DNA of 64,000 nucleotides, from NCBI GenBank assembly GCA_910585505.1, contig CAJUFF010000001.1, positions 23,579-87,578 of the forward strand. Reading direction: 5' to 3'. The DNA comes from an uncultured Ruminiclostridium sp. GTDB lineage: Bacteria > Bacillota > Clostridia > Oscillospirales > Ruminococcaceae. The position numbers and the translations under genes were made by a program. Each line of letters begins with the position of its first letter. The stretch's first letter is position 1. The notes below the pieces were generated by a model. The model was not told the DNA's origin, did not search any database, and saw only the letters and a program-made list of their open reading frames with translations. This document shows positions 49,454 through 58,764 of the stretch, piece after piece.

Positions 49454-49870
49454 ATGTTTAAAAAAATACTTTTGACTATGCTTTGCATAGCCATTACCGC
49501 AAACCTTATCACGGCAAACGTTTTTGCTATGGAAAATACTTGGGAAAACACACCGGAAAACGAGGAAATCATTAAAGCGCTGCAACTGATTGAGCCTATT
49601 AAGGAAAATTACGGTTTAACAGACGCCGACTTGGAAAATATGAAAGTTGGCGAACCCATCAAAACCTATGAGTATACAATGATGATTTATAATGCTAACT
49701 GCTGCTATCTCTCCAACGGCGCTGACTTTCAAAAACTTGGCAGTTATGAAGAAACAGGGGGCCGCTCCATTTTAACGAAGTTTGCGTTAGAAACTTCCAC
49801 ATTAGATTTAAGTGATATAAGTAAAACACATAACTTAAACTATACAAATATTACAACACGCAGGTATTGA
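49454..49870 (+). CDS. Secreted hypothetical protein, possibly truncated
   Basis: MFKKILL..NVFA signal peptide. Confidence 0.5.
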   Translation: MFKKILLTMLCIAITANLITANVFAMENTWENTPENEEIIKALQLIEPIKENYGLTDADLENMKVGEPIKTYEYTMMIYNANCCYLSNGADFQKLGSYEETGGRSILTKFALETSTLDLSDISKTHNLNYTNITTRRY

Positions 49871-49872
49871 AT

Positions 49873-50511
49873 ATGAAATTTTTTAAAAATCTAATGCCAA
49901 TTTGCGCACTTTTTACAGCTTTTCTGTTATGTTCATGCACTGCGGAAAAGAAAAACACTGACGGTGAAAACAGCATAAGTACTCCCAACAACAATACGGA
50001 AAGCTCTGTCGAAACAACACCCAAATTTCCCGTATCCGAAACTACCCTAAACGAAGAAGCGCTGTCTCAAATTAAAGCCGAAAAAGAATCCCAATACCTT
50101 CGTTCTCTTGACGATCTTGAATTGGATACGGAGAAAATAAAGGAGACGGACGGCAAAGCACTGTCAAGCACGGATTTTACGGACTGTTTCGTTGCCGTGC
50201 TAAGCCCTTACGGCGAAAAAATATTGGAATATCTCTCCACAGAAGATACAAAGAGCTTTATCGAGTGCATAACAAAAGCCGAAATAAGCACCGAAGAATA
50301 TGAAGTTCCCCAAAAAACCGGCGGAGAACATTTAAGATATCAGATTACGCTGAAAACAGGCGAACAGATATTTATCGGAACGTCAAATGACGATCTGCTG
50401 GTAATAAACATGGAGCACGGCTATCTTTGCGACAAGGAAAGTTCCGATCGGATAAGAAATTTTTATAATGAAAGCATAAAAAGGTTTGAAGAAAAAGCTA
50501 TGAATCAATAA
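49873..50511 (+). CDS. Putative lipoprotein
   Basis: FLLCSC lipobox, S/T/N-rich linker. Confidence 0.75.
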   Translation: MKFFKNLMPICALFTAFLLCSCTAEKKNTDGENSISTPNNNTESSVETTPKFPVSETTLNEEALSQIKAEKESQYLRSLDDLELDTEKIKETDGKALSSTDFTDCFVAVLSPYGEKILEYLSTEDTKSFIECITKAEISTEEYEVPQKTGGEHLRYQITLKTGEQIFIGTSNDDLLVINMEHGYLCDKESSDRIRNFYNESIKRFEEKAMNQ

Positions 50512-50750
50512 ACCCTTTTATGAAAAAATCTGATCCCCCGAAACAAAAGTCAAAAAAAGCACAGCGACTTTGACTATCCGTCTGCCGTTGTGCTTTGTAA
50601 TCTAAAAAAACAAGAGATATTTTCCACATATCTCCGTTATGCAAATTTTTAGAAAAAAACAACATAATCCCGCCTTTATTAAACAACATAATCTGTTTTA
50701 ATTGCATAAAGCTACTGTAAAAATATTTCACCCGAAAGGACTAACCCAAA

Positions 50751-51665
50751 ATGAAAAACAAAAAAAACATAAAACTCATATCAACACTGCTTACCGCAGC
50801 CGTTTTTCTTACCGCCTGCTCCGATACCGCGAATCAATACGCGGATCCAATAATCGGAACGGTTCCGCAGGGCGATATCCCTTCCGAACCGAAGCTGATA
50901 CAAGACCGCTCCCCCAAAAATGAAAACCGTGAGGAGCTGATGAATATTATCTCTTTGGAAAACTTTACAGGAGCGGCAGGTGAAACTCTTACTGCGGAAA
51001 CAGCGGTAAACATTACGACGGACGACACCGCGCCCCAAAACTATCTGCTTGAATATGACCACGCGTATTTTACTTACGCCGAGCCGATTTATGACAGAGA
51101 ACGTTCCGGCGGCGATAACGGTACTTTTGATATAACCACACCCGAATTGCTGGACAAATACAATCTTTATCTGAAAAACAAGTCGGCAATATATACGGTT
51201 AAGGCGGGTGATAAATTAGAAAACGGCCTTATTTGCACCGACGCGGTGACTTCTTATGTTTACGTCAATGACGCCGAAAAAGCAGCGCCGCGGCTTCACC
51301 ATTCGGAAGCGGCGTTTTCGGGAGAACTCACGCTAAGCGGAACAATTCGCTATGAAGAGAACGAAAGCCCTCCAAGCTTTGAAAAAGGCTTATTGACCTT
51401 CACCGCCGATTCGGCTAACGGAAAGGTTCCGAGCGAATACCGTCCGGAAATGTTACATGAATATTCTTTGAACGAAACAGGCTTATACGGCGAATTTTTC
51501 AGACTCGGAAATATATCCGCTCTTACGGAAGAACAGGCGAAGGTAATAGCAAACAATGAATTTACGGACGTACAGATAACAATAAAAAATATTCATCTTT
51601 TTTACGGCGACTACGGTTATACCCCTTTACAGACAGCGGAAATTACGGATATAAAAGTTCTTTAA
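50751..51665 (+). CDS. Putative lipoprotein
   Basis: FLTAC lipobox; GAAAGGA RBS. Confidence 0.78.
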   Translation: MKNKKNIKLISTLLTAAVFLTACSDTANQYADPIIGTVPQGDIPSEPKLIQDRSPKNENREELMNIISLENFTGAAGETLTAETAVNITTDDTAPQNYLLEYDHAYFTYAEPIYDRERSGGDNGTFDITTPELLDKYNLYLKNKSAIYTVKAGDKLENGLICTDAVTSYVYVNDAEKAAPRLHHSEAAFSGELTLSGTIRYEENESPPSFEKGLLTFTADSANGKVPSEYRPEMLHEYSLNETGLYGEFFRLGNISALTEEQAKVIANNEFTDVQITIKNIHLFYGDYGYTPLQTAEITDIKVL

Positions 51666-51789
51666 GCGCTGTCCGTTGCCCACATATGTTAACCCCGCAA
51701 GTTACGGCAGGCAAAACGCACAATTGCCTGCCTTTCTTTTTATGCAATTCTACAAATTTCATTAAAACAGTATTTTTTTAAAAAAAAGA

Positions 51790-51820
51790 TGTAACAAAAT
51801 CTCGTTTTTTGGATTTTACT
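51790..51820 (+). promoter_or_regulatory. Candidate ECF-sigma promoter, copy 4
   Basis: TGTAACAAAA-N11-GGATTTTAC. Confidence 0.6.
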
Positions 51821-51916
51821 AACGTTAACTATAAGCAAGTCCGCCCCACGGCAAAAATGCCGAAAAACCGGCGGACGGGTCTGCCGGTTTCCGGCAAAAA
51901 GAAAGGTAGGTAAAAA

Positions 51917-52345
51917 ATGAAAAAATTTATTTCTGTTTTAGTGGCGGCGGCTATGATGGCTTCAACATTGCCCGCAGGGGTATACGCTCAGGGAAATCAC
52001 CCCAACAGCGGAATTATGCCGTTATATGACTGCAATAGTAAGGTTACAACCGCTGCATCTGCTAGTGGAAATAAAGTAGAGTGCAAGAGCGTTATTGCTG
52101 TGGCTTCGGGTGAAAAATGGACTTCCGTAACGCAGACGATTGAAAAGCAAAATTCAATCGGAAAGTGGTACTCGACCTCAACATGGTCAAAAAAATCCGA
52201 TAGTCCCACAATGAACTATATTTTTACAAACACGGTTACTATAACCAACAGCGGCACATACAGGCTCAGAAGCGATTTAGCCGTTGAAGTTTCAAACGGC
52301 TTTACCGAAACGGTTACAAGTTACAGCGGCAATTTCACAATTTAA
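51917..52345 (+). CDS. Small secreted beta-rich protein
   Basis: MKKFIS..GVYA signal peptide. Confidence 0.75.
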   Translation: MKKFISVLVAAAMMASTLPAGVYAQGNHPNSGIMPLYDCNSKVTTAASASGNKVECKSVIAVASGEKWTSVTQTIEKQNSIGKWYSTSTWSKKSDSPTMNYIFTNTVTITNSGTYRLRSDLAVEVSNGFTETVTSYSGNFTI

Positions 52346-52349
52346 TTAT

Positions 52350-53084
52350 TTACTCGATTTCTATAATTTCCGCTAACCGTAACAGTTCTTCACTGTCATC
52401 GTCTGCTCCCATAATTTCAAACACATATCCGTTTTGTATCCATGTAATAGAAGCAGTATTATCAGAATACTTGTTTTGATGATACAATATAAATCCGACC
52501 CCGCCGTTAACCTCAATCTCACTGATCGTGGAATTTTCGGTATTAGCCATCATATTCTCAGCTAATAACTTAGTATATTGTAAAAAATTAACCGACTTAT
52601 CCCCGCATTCATACCGTGAAATAACTACATCTTCGTCCGATATTTCATGAACACATTCATACCCGCTTTCAACCGGCAGCCTATAAACTTCCTCAATCGT
52701 ATCCTTGATATCATACATGGAAAAATCAACGCTTACGTTTGAATGAGTATTGTATACGTCAAAGATAAATCCGCGCGCACCGAAATAAATCGCGCCCGCC
52801 GCCACGGTAAAGAACACTGCCGATATTATAACGGATATTATCACCGCAAGCTTTTTCAGCGGAATATAGCTCCTTTCGGCGGTAAGGATTTTCGACGGCT
52901 TATACGGAGCACATGACGCGGGGCGCTCCCAATGCTTCTTTGCAAGCCTTGTAATGCTTTTTTTTCTGATACGGTACGCAAGGGAAAAACGGTGGGGCTT
53001 CTCATCGGCCGGAACGTCGTATTGTGAAAAATATTCCTCGGAATAGGCGATAAGCGCCATTTTTAAAGCTTCATCTCCTGTCAT
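52350..53084 (-). CDS. Membrane anti-sigma factor, DUF4367-like
   Basis: HRFS N-terminal motif, single TM, YRLP..GY..IEVNG..G..ITWIQNGYVFEI; overlaps the sigma gene end. Confidence 0.75.
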   Translation of the reverse strand: MTGDEALKMALIAYSEEYFSQYDVPADEKPHRFSLAYRIRKKSITRLAKKHWERPASCAPYKPSKILTAERSYIPLKKLAVIISVIISAVFFTVAAGAIYFGARGFIFDVYNTHSNVSVDFSMYDIKDTIEEVYRLPVESGYECVHEISDEDVVISRYECGDKSVNFLQYTKLLAENMMANTENSTISEIEVNGGVGFILYHQNKYSDNTASITWIQNGYVFEIMGADDDSEELLRLAEIIEIE

Positions 53085-53628
53085 TGACAGTTTCCTCCTC
53101 ATTCATTATTTTTTTAAGTCTTTGTCTTGCCCTAAACATTCGCTGACGAAGCGCGTTTTCGGATATTTCCAATCGCTCCGCCATTTGGGATATTGAATAA
53201 CCCATGACGGCCGAAAGGAAAAGCAGATCATAGTCGCTTGGCAAAAGTTTGTTAAGCGCCTTGTGAAGATTTTCGGCTTCGTATCCGGAAAACAGCTCCT
53301 CCTCGGCGGAAGCTCCGCCCTCAAGAGAGTACAGGTCGTCGATATTTTCGGCTATGCGGTTCCGATGGGAATTATAACATTTATACGCGGCGTTTTTCAC
53401 GGTAATGATAAGATATGCCTTAAGTCCCGACGTCTGTAATTTTTTCAGATTAACGAGACGATCCTGACGGATAATATTCAAAAACACTTCATGCACCGTA
53501 TCCTCGGCGTCATACTTGTTATTCAGAATATTAAACGCTACCTTGTACATCATCTGTTCATATTCCGAGTATAGTTTTGTTATAAAAGCTTCCTCTTCCG
53601 GAGTGTCGACAGCCATCAAATAAAGCAC
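53071..53628 (-). CDS. ECF RNA polymerase sigma-70 factor
   Basis: DAEDTVHEVF region 2, GYSISQMAERLEISENALRQRMFRARQRLK region 4; probable GTG start after GAGGTG. Confidence 0.9.
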   Translation of the reverse strand: MLYLMAVDTPEEEAFITKLYSEYEQMMYKVAFNILNNKYDAEDTVHEVFLNIIRQDRLVNLKKLQTSGLKAYLIITVKNAAYKCYNSHRNRIAENIDDLYSLEGGASAEEELFSGYEAENLHKALNKLLPSDYDLLFLSAVMGYSISQMAERLEISENALRQRMFRARQRLKKIMNEEETVNDRR

Positions 53629-54015
53629 TTCATAACGCACCTCTCTTTTGTGGGGAATATGTTTAAAAGATTTTATGTTAGTATAACATATTATTAAGCG
53701 CAAGTCAATAGGATTTCTGTATTTTTAAGAAAAAAATATGATATGAGGGTAATAATTTATGATCTTTATATTTTGAGAAGCAAACGGTAAGGATTGCCGG
53801 GAAAATGCGGAGCCGCGGCAGTTTGCGAGTAATTGCGGACAATGACGGCGAATAAAAGACCGATACGGGGGAGGACGAGGATTGTTTGATATAAAGGGAA
53901 ATCGGAGAATTGTGTTGTATTGTGTCGAATTGTGCGATGTAAAGCTGTGAGATTTATATTTGGCTGCGTTTGCTCTTTTTAGAAACGCAGCCGATTTTTT
54001 TGCTGTCCGTTTTTA

Positions 54016-54115
54016 TATCAATCTTTATTAAAGTTGTAGATTTGATTAAAGATTGTATCCCTTGCACTAATCTTTAATCATATATATTTGCATATACATT
54101 GATCAAAGATTAGTA
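54016..54115. mobile_element. Modular two-hairpin element
   Basis: TTA-TATCAATCTTTA..TAAAGATT-linker-CACTAATCTTT..AAAGATTAGTA-TTA. Confidence 0.7.
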
Positions 54116-54262
54116 TTATTCATATAACTACGCCTTTTTATAGCTATCTTTTTATTAAAAGCCAAAACGATCTAATATCCTCGAAAAATATACAACCAGA
54201 CAGAGGAGTTTTTGTACTGTTTTTACAAAAAGATTCAAAATAAAAGATTTTTTGAAAAAGGG

Positions 54263-54296
54263 TGTAACAAAAACGGGTTTTTAGGATTTTACATAT
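54263..54296 (+). promoter_or_regulatory. Candidate ECF-sigma promoter, copy 5
   Basis: TGTAACAAAA-N11-GGATTTTACAT. Confidence 0.6.
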
Positions 54297-54428
54297 TAGA
54301 AGGGTAAAAAAATTATCGGGAATACATTTGTAGCATTCCCGATTTTACGACTCTTTTACGAAAATTTTAGCTTGTGAAAGCAGGTTCTAAAATTTAAAAC
54401 AACATTTATTTTATAAGGAGGACTTACA

Positions 54429-55034
54429 ATGAAAGCATTTATAAAAAAATTAACGGCGTCAGTACTCATCACCGCAATAACGGCGGCCATGACGGGAAAC
54501 GTTTATGCAGCCGAGCCGGAAGCAAAGGCATATGTACAAGTAGCCGGCAATAATTGCGTCGTTGAGTATGAACTTCATTTTACTGAGATTGACGGAGAAA
54601 AATACGTTGTAATCAATCTTGACGATTTGATACCCAATAACGTAAATATCTCAGGCAATAAAAGCAAAGAAAAACGCTCGATATTCAGCACACTTGAAGA
54701 TAAGCGCAAATTATACAGTGATACTGTTAATTTAACCAACGGCGATTATTCTTCCCCTACATTAAATTGCAGTCCGGATACCGGATTCATAGTCAGGTCA
54801 TACAACGCTTTCTTTGAAAAAGACGTGAAAGTACGTATGCATATGTATAGCGGTACAGCACTTCAATGGATTCCTTCGATAACTGTTAATTTAAGATTCA
54901 GCGCTTTTCTTACAGAACCCAATATAATAATACAAGGTGAACCGGCAAGCGAGATTAGCAAATGCCGTATGGAAATCCTTAAAGAAGGAACCACACTTGA
55001 CAGCCCGTTCAGCTATACTTTATATGAGTATTAA
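54429..55034 (+). CDS. Secreted hypothetical protein
   Basis: Signal peptide ending VYA; AAGGAGG RBS. Confidence 0.75.
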   Translation: MKAFIKKLTASVLITAITAAMTGNVYAAEPEAKAYVQVAGNNCVVEYELHFTEIDGEKYVVINLDDLIPNNVNISGNKSKEKRSIFSTLEDKRKLYSDTVNLTNGDYSSPTLNCSPDTGFIVRSYNAFFEKDVKVRMHMYSGTALQWIPSITVNLRFSAFLTEPNIIIQGEPASEISKCRMEILKEGTTLDSPFSYTLYEY

Positions 55035-55052
55035 ACGAAAGAGGGTATATTT

Positions 55053-55511
55053 ATGAATACAAATATTGGCTCATCGGAAAGCAATAATTCAACCGCAATC
55101 ACAGGCAAAAAAACAAATATGAGAAATTTTCTTGAAAAAATATGGCAGATTTTCAAGGGCTTATTTATTGCGGCTCTTATTCTCGCCGTTATTTTCAATA
55201 CCTATGTTTCAATAGGCTATGTCATGAACCAGCAAGCCCCGGTTGTATTAGAATTTTCATACCCCTATAATACGCAGGATTTCAGCGATTTAAACGAAGC
55301 CTACAGGAAAAATCCCAACAGCGCGGAATATAAGCAAATGCTCAAAGAGTTCAATACCAAATACAGCATCTCTTATAAAAAAAGCGGTACTTATGAAGAG
55401 CTGGCAAGATTGCACAAGGAAAATCCCGACAGCGAAGAGTATAACCAAACGCTTGCCAAGCTTTTGGAGGAATTTGATATTTCCGCCGAAGATATTACCT
55501 TTGACGAATAA
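55053..55511 (+). CDS. Single-TM hypothetical protein with an internal duplicated motif
   Basis: TM; DLNEAYRKNPNSAEYKQML / ELARLHKENPDSEEYNQTL. Confidence 0.7.
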   Translation: MNTNIGSSESNNSTAITGKKTNMRNFLEKIWQIFKGLFIAALILAVIFNTYVSIGYVMNQQAPVVLEFSYPYNTQDFSDLNEAYRKNPNSAEYKQMLKEFNTKYSISYKKSGTYEELARLHKENPDSEEYNQTLAKLLEEFDISAEDITFDE

Positions 55512-55588
55512 TCAAAAGCATTAAACACTGATAGTACGATATCAGGTTGTTTTAAGCGCAGCTTAAACAATCGGCCGCATTTTCTCCG

Positions 55589-55640
55589 AAAAAAACTCTT
55601 TACCCAACGGGATTGTCCCCTAAGAGTAAAGAGTTTTTTT
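55589..55640. terminator. Bidirectional terminator between island and repressor
   Basis: AAAAAACTCTTTAC..GTAAAGAGTTTTTT. Confidence 0.6.
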
Positions 55641-55696
55641 AAAATCATATATCCGTAAATTTTCAAATTTTCCCAAAAAATTTTTTAAAACACAAC

Positions 55697-56329
55697 TTAT
55701 AAATCCTTTATAATCTGTTTAACCAGTCCCACAACCCTTATTCTCTCAACATCCTCCCCTTCAAACCTTCTCGGCTTATATTCGGGGTTCACGGAAATAA
55801 GCTCTATCCAGTCCCTTCCGTACTCCACCTTTTTAACAAATCCCTCTTCTCCGTCCATCAGCACCACCGCAATGCTGCCGCTGTCCACAGAGGTCTGGCG
55901 TCTTACCACTATTATGTCTCCGTCCTCGATTTTCGGATACATACTGTCACCCTGAACCTTTAATCCCATCAAAAGGGGCGCCTCCGAAGGGTTTCTCACC
56001 AGAAGCGGAACATAATCCGTTATTTCGGAATCCGCGTAAGAGCCGAAGCCCGCGGAAACGCTCTCGAAAACGGGAATACGGTAAAAACCGTCGGTATATA
56101 TATCCGATATCTTAAGAATCTCCGATTCCTGATCGTCCACGAAGGTGGCGGGAGCAACACCGAAATATTCCGAAAGCTTAAGTACCGTTTTTCTCTTTAA
56201 ATTTCTGACGGTGCCGTTTTCCCATTTCTGAACCGCCGCTTTCTGAACGCCGATGATCTTTCCCAGCTCGCTTTGGGTCATTCCTCTTTCAGTGCGCAAT
56301 TGCTTGATATAAGCGCCTATGTCTCTCAT
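55697..56329 (-). CDS. CI/LexA-like repressor (XRE HTH + S24 peptidase)
   Basis: GMTQSELG..AVQKWENG HTH; VSAG cleavage site; GDSM and VKK catalytic Ser/Lys. Confidence 0.92.
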   Translation of the reverse strand: MRDIGAYIKQLRTERGMTQSELGKIIGVQKAAVQKWENGTVRNLKRKTVLKLSEYFGVAPATFVDDQESEILKISDIYTDGFYRIPVFESVSAGFGSYADSEITDYVPLLVRNPSEAPLLMGLKVQGDSMYPKIEDGDIIVVRRQTSVDSGSIAVVLMDGEEGFVKKVEYGRDWIELISVNPEYKPRRFEGEDVERIRVVGLVKQIIKDL

Positions 56330-56385
56330 AATTGTTTTCCTCCAATTTCTTAAGAACATTTCCAAATATGCTCTATTTTGTATAA

Positions 56386-56414
56386 AGTGTATCATAATTT
56401 TCTATTTTTGTCAA
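56386..56414 (-). promoter_or_regulatory. Sigma-A promoter of the repressor
   Basis: TTGACA-17 nt-TACACT with extended TG. Confidence 0.65.
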
Positions 56415-56452
56415 GCGGTTTTGTGCAAAAGGTAAAATTAAGATACAAGGTA

Positions 56453-56481
56453 TTGACAATGGAAGAAAAGTATGGTATCAT
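56453..56481 (+). promoter_or_regulatory. Sigma-A promoter of the phage-like structural operon
   Basis: TTGACA-17 nt-TATCAT with extended TG. Confidence 0.75.
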
Positions 56482-56710
56482 TTAAGTGTCCTAAAAAGAA
56501 ACTAAAAAATAAATACAAAACACATAATTTTATACTTTCTTAAGATAAACCTTATTTTAAAGCGTTTATTTTAGGAACAGTCTTACAAAAACGGTATCTC
56601 TTAAATATATCAAGTTTTATACAATACTGTACAACCGTATTTTTTTAAAATCTTGGTATCTTTTAAATACACAAAATGTTTTAAAGAAAGGAGCTTTTAA
56701 AAGAAAAACA

Positions 56711-56980
56711 ATGTATAAATACAACTGCACCCTTTGCGGCGCAATACTTTTTCCCGACGAAGCCATCTGTCACTGCGACCGCATACACGGCGACGTATAC
56801 GTATCCTGCCCTTACTGCCGCTCGCAATGTGAAAAATATGATGAAGCAGAGGACATGGAGGACGCGGAAGAAAGGGAGAAAGAAGAGGATGTATGGGAAG
56901 AAGAGGAAGAGGAGGAGAAGAAGAAAGAACAGACGGAAAAAACCGAAAATAAAAAAGAGGAGGAATACGGGCTTGAATAA
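56711..56980 (+). CDS. Small Zn-ribbon protein with a very acidic tail
   Basis: CTLC...CPYC, poly-Glu tail; overlaps the start of the next gene. Confidence 0.6.
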   Translation: MYKYNCTLCGAILFPDEAICHCDRIHGDVYVSCPYCRSQCEKYDEAEDMEDAEEREKEEDVWEEEEEEEKKKEQTEKTENKKEEEYGLE

Positions 56981-57413
56981 AAGAAAACGCAAAAAGAAAG
57001 GAAAGCTTATGACCGACAAACAAAAACGCTTCTGCGACGAGTACCTTAAAGACTGCAACGGAGCGGGCGCCGCCAGAAGGAGCGGCTATTCCTCAACCAG
57101 CGCGGGCTCGCTGCTTAAGCAGCCCGAAGTGCAGGAATACCTTAAAACGCAGATGGAGGAAATACACAACGAAAAAATTGCGGACGTAAGGGAAATTTCC
57201 GAATACCTCACCTCGGTAATGCGGGGAAGCTGCGGTGAACAAACCAAAACCTCAATAAGCGACGACCGCGAAACCACCACCTATATAACCGTTTCCGCAA
57301 AGGAGCGCCTGAAAGCGGCGGAGCTTATGGGAAAGCGCTACGGCCTTTTCAGGGAGCAGACGGAGGTAACGGTTAAGCCCTCGATTATAATAAAAGGGGA
57401 GGAGGATTTATAG
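56973..57413 (+). CDS. Phage terminase small subunit
   Basis: TDKQKRFCDEYL..AARRSGYS..YLTSVMRG..ERLKAAELMGKRY; TTG start after AGGAGG (alternative ATG at 57009). Confidence 0.9.
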   Translation: MNKRKRKKKGKLMTDKQKRFCDEYLKDCNGAGAARRSGYSSTSAGSLLKQPEVQEYLKTQMEEIHNEKIADVREISEYLTSVMRGSCGEQTKTSISDDRETTTYITVSAKERLKAAELMGKRYGLFREQTEVTVKPSIIIKGEEDL

Positions 57414-57449
57414 AAACGTGTTCCGGCAGGAGAAAGGAAGCGAAATATA

Positions 57450-58697
57450 ATGCCCGATTTGTATCTCCCCGAAATAGTGGGCGGGGGTTACGGAGAGTTC
57501 TGGAGATGGCGGGGAAGATACAGAGTCTGCAAAGGCTCGCGCGCTTCAAAGAAAAGCAAGACAACCGCCTTGTGGTACATAGTCAATATGATGAAATACG
57601 AAAGCGCCAACCTGTTGGTAATCAGAAAGGTTTTCAGAACGCTTAAAGACAGCTGCTTTACCGAGCTTAAGTGGGCAATAGGGCGGCTGGGAGCGCAGGA
57701 GCTGTGGGAAGTAAAGGAAAGTCCTCTTGAAATGACCTATAAGCCTACGGGGCAGAAAATATACTTTCGAGGACTTGACGACCCCCTTAAAATAACCTCC
57801 ATTACGGTGGAAAACGGGTGCCTGTGCTGGGCGTGGATCGAAGAAGCCTACGAGATAAGCAGCGAGAAGGATTTTAATATGCTGGACGAAAGCATAAGGG
57901 GAGCAATAGCCGAAGAAAGCGGCCTTTTCAAGCAGGTTACGCTGACCTTTAATCCATGGAACGAACGCCACTGGCTGAAAAAACGTTTTTTTGACTCGCC
58001 CGATCCCGACATTTTGGCTATAACCACCAATTATACCTGCAACGAATGGCTGGACGAATCCGACAAGAAAGTATTTGAAAATATGAAAAAAAACGATCCC
58101 CGAAGATACCGCGTGGCGGGATTGGGCGACTGGGGTATAACGGAGGGGCTTGTCTACGAAAATTGGGAGGAAAAAGCCTTTGACTTGGTGGAAATAAAGA
58201 AGCTCCCCAACATAAAAACGATTTTCGGACTTGATTTCGGCTATACAAACGATCCCACCGCATTATTCTGCGGAATGGCGGATCAGGGCACAAGAACCGT
58301 CTGGGTGTTCGACGAAATGTATAAGAAAGGCATGAGCAATGAAGCGATAGCGAAGGAGGTGACGGAAATGGGATACGGGAAGGAGAGGATACGCGCCGAC
58401 GCGGCGGAGCCTAAAAGCATAGACAGGCTTTACGATCTGGGGCTTACGAGAATACGCCGCGCGGACAAGGGGCGGGACAGCATAAATAACGGAATCGACC
58501 TGATACGCGGATACCGATTGATTATACATCCGAAATGCGTTAATTTCCTGACGGAGATATCCAATTACACATGGAAAACGGACAGAGCCACCGGAAAATG
58601 TCTCAATGTGCCCAACGGGGAATTTGATCATCTTATGGACGCAATGAGATACGCTGCGGAGGATTTGGGAAAGCCCGACCCGTACAGCTTTGAATAA
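57450..58697 (+). CDS. PBSX-family terminase large subunit
   Basis: KGSRASKKS Walker A, WIEEA Walker B, TFNP, GLDFG..DP, HLMDAMRY. Confidence 0.95.
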   Translation: MPDLYLPEIVGGGYGEFWRWRGRYRVCKGSRASKKSKTTALWYIVNMMKYESANLLVIRKVFRTLKDSCFTELKWAIGRLGAQELWEVKESPLEMTYKPTGQKIYFRGLDDPLKITSITVENGCLCWAWIEEAYEISSEKDFNMLDESIRGAIAEESGLFKQVTLTFNPWNERHWLKKRFFDSPDPDILAITTNYTCNEWLDESDKKVFENMKKNDPRRYRVAGLGDWGITEGLVYENWEEKAFDLVEIKKLPNIKTIFGLDFGYTNDPTALFCGMADQGTRTVWVFDEMYKKGMSNEAIAKEVTEMGYGKERIRADAAEPKSIDRLYDLGLTRIRRADKGRDSINNGIDLIRGYRLIIHPKCVNFLTEISNYTWKTDRATGKCLNVPNGEFDHLMDAMRYAAEDLGKPDPYSFE

Positions 58698-58764
58698 CGC
58701 CGATCTTCTGTCCATGTATGCCAAGGATTGGTATAAACAATAAAACTCACAGAAAGGAGCAGCC

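Noticed and set aside
51838..51900. c-di-GMP-I riboswitch in the leader of 51917
   Set aside because: GGCAAA and GAAA are present but the GACGCAAA junction and second stem do not match; only generic hairpins
55512..55696. Prophage attL site
   Set aside because: No tRNA, integrase or visible direct repeat; only a terminator-like hairpin
56829..56972. Lys/Arg-rich N-terminal extension of TerS
   Set aside because: Alternative-frame reading of the Glu-rich purine tract of 56711-56980; a better RBS precedes 56973
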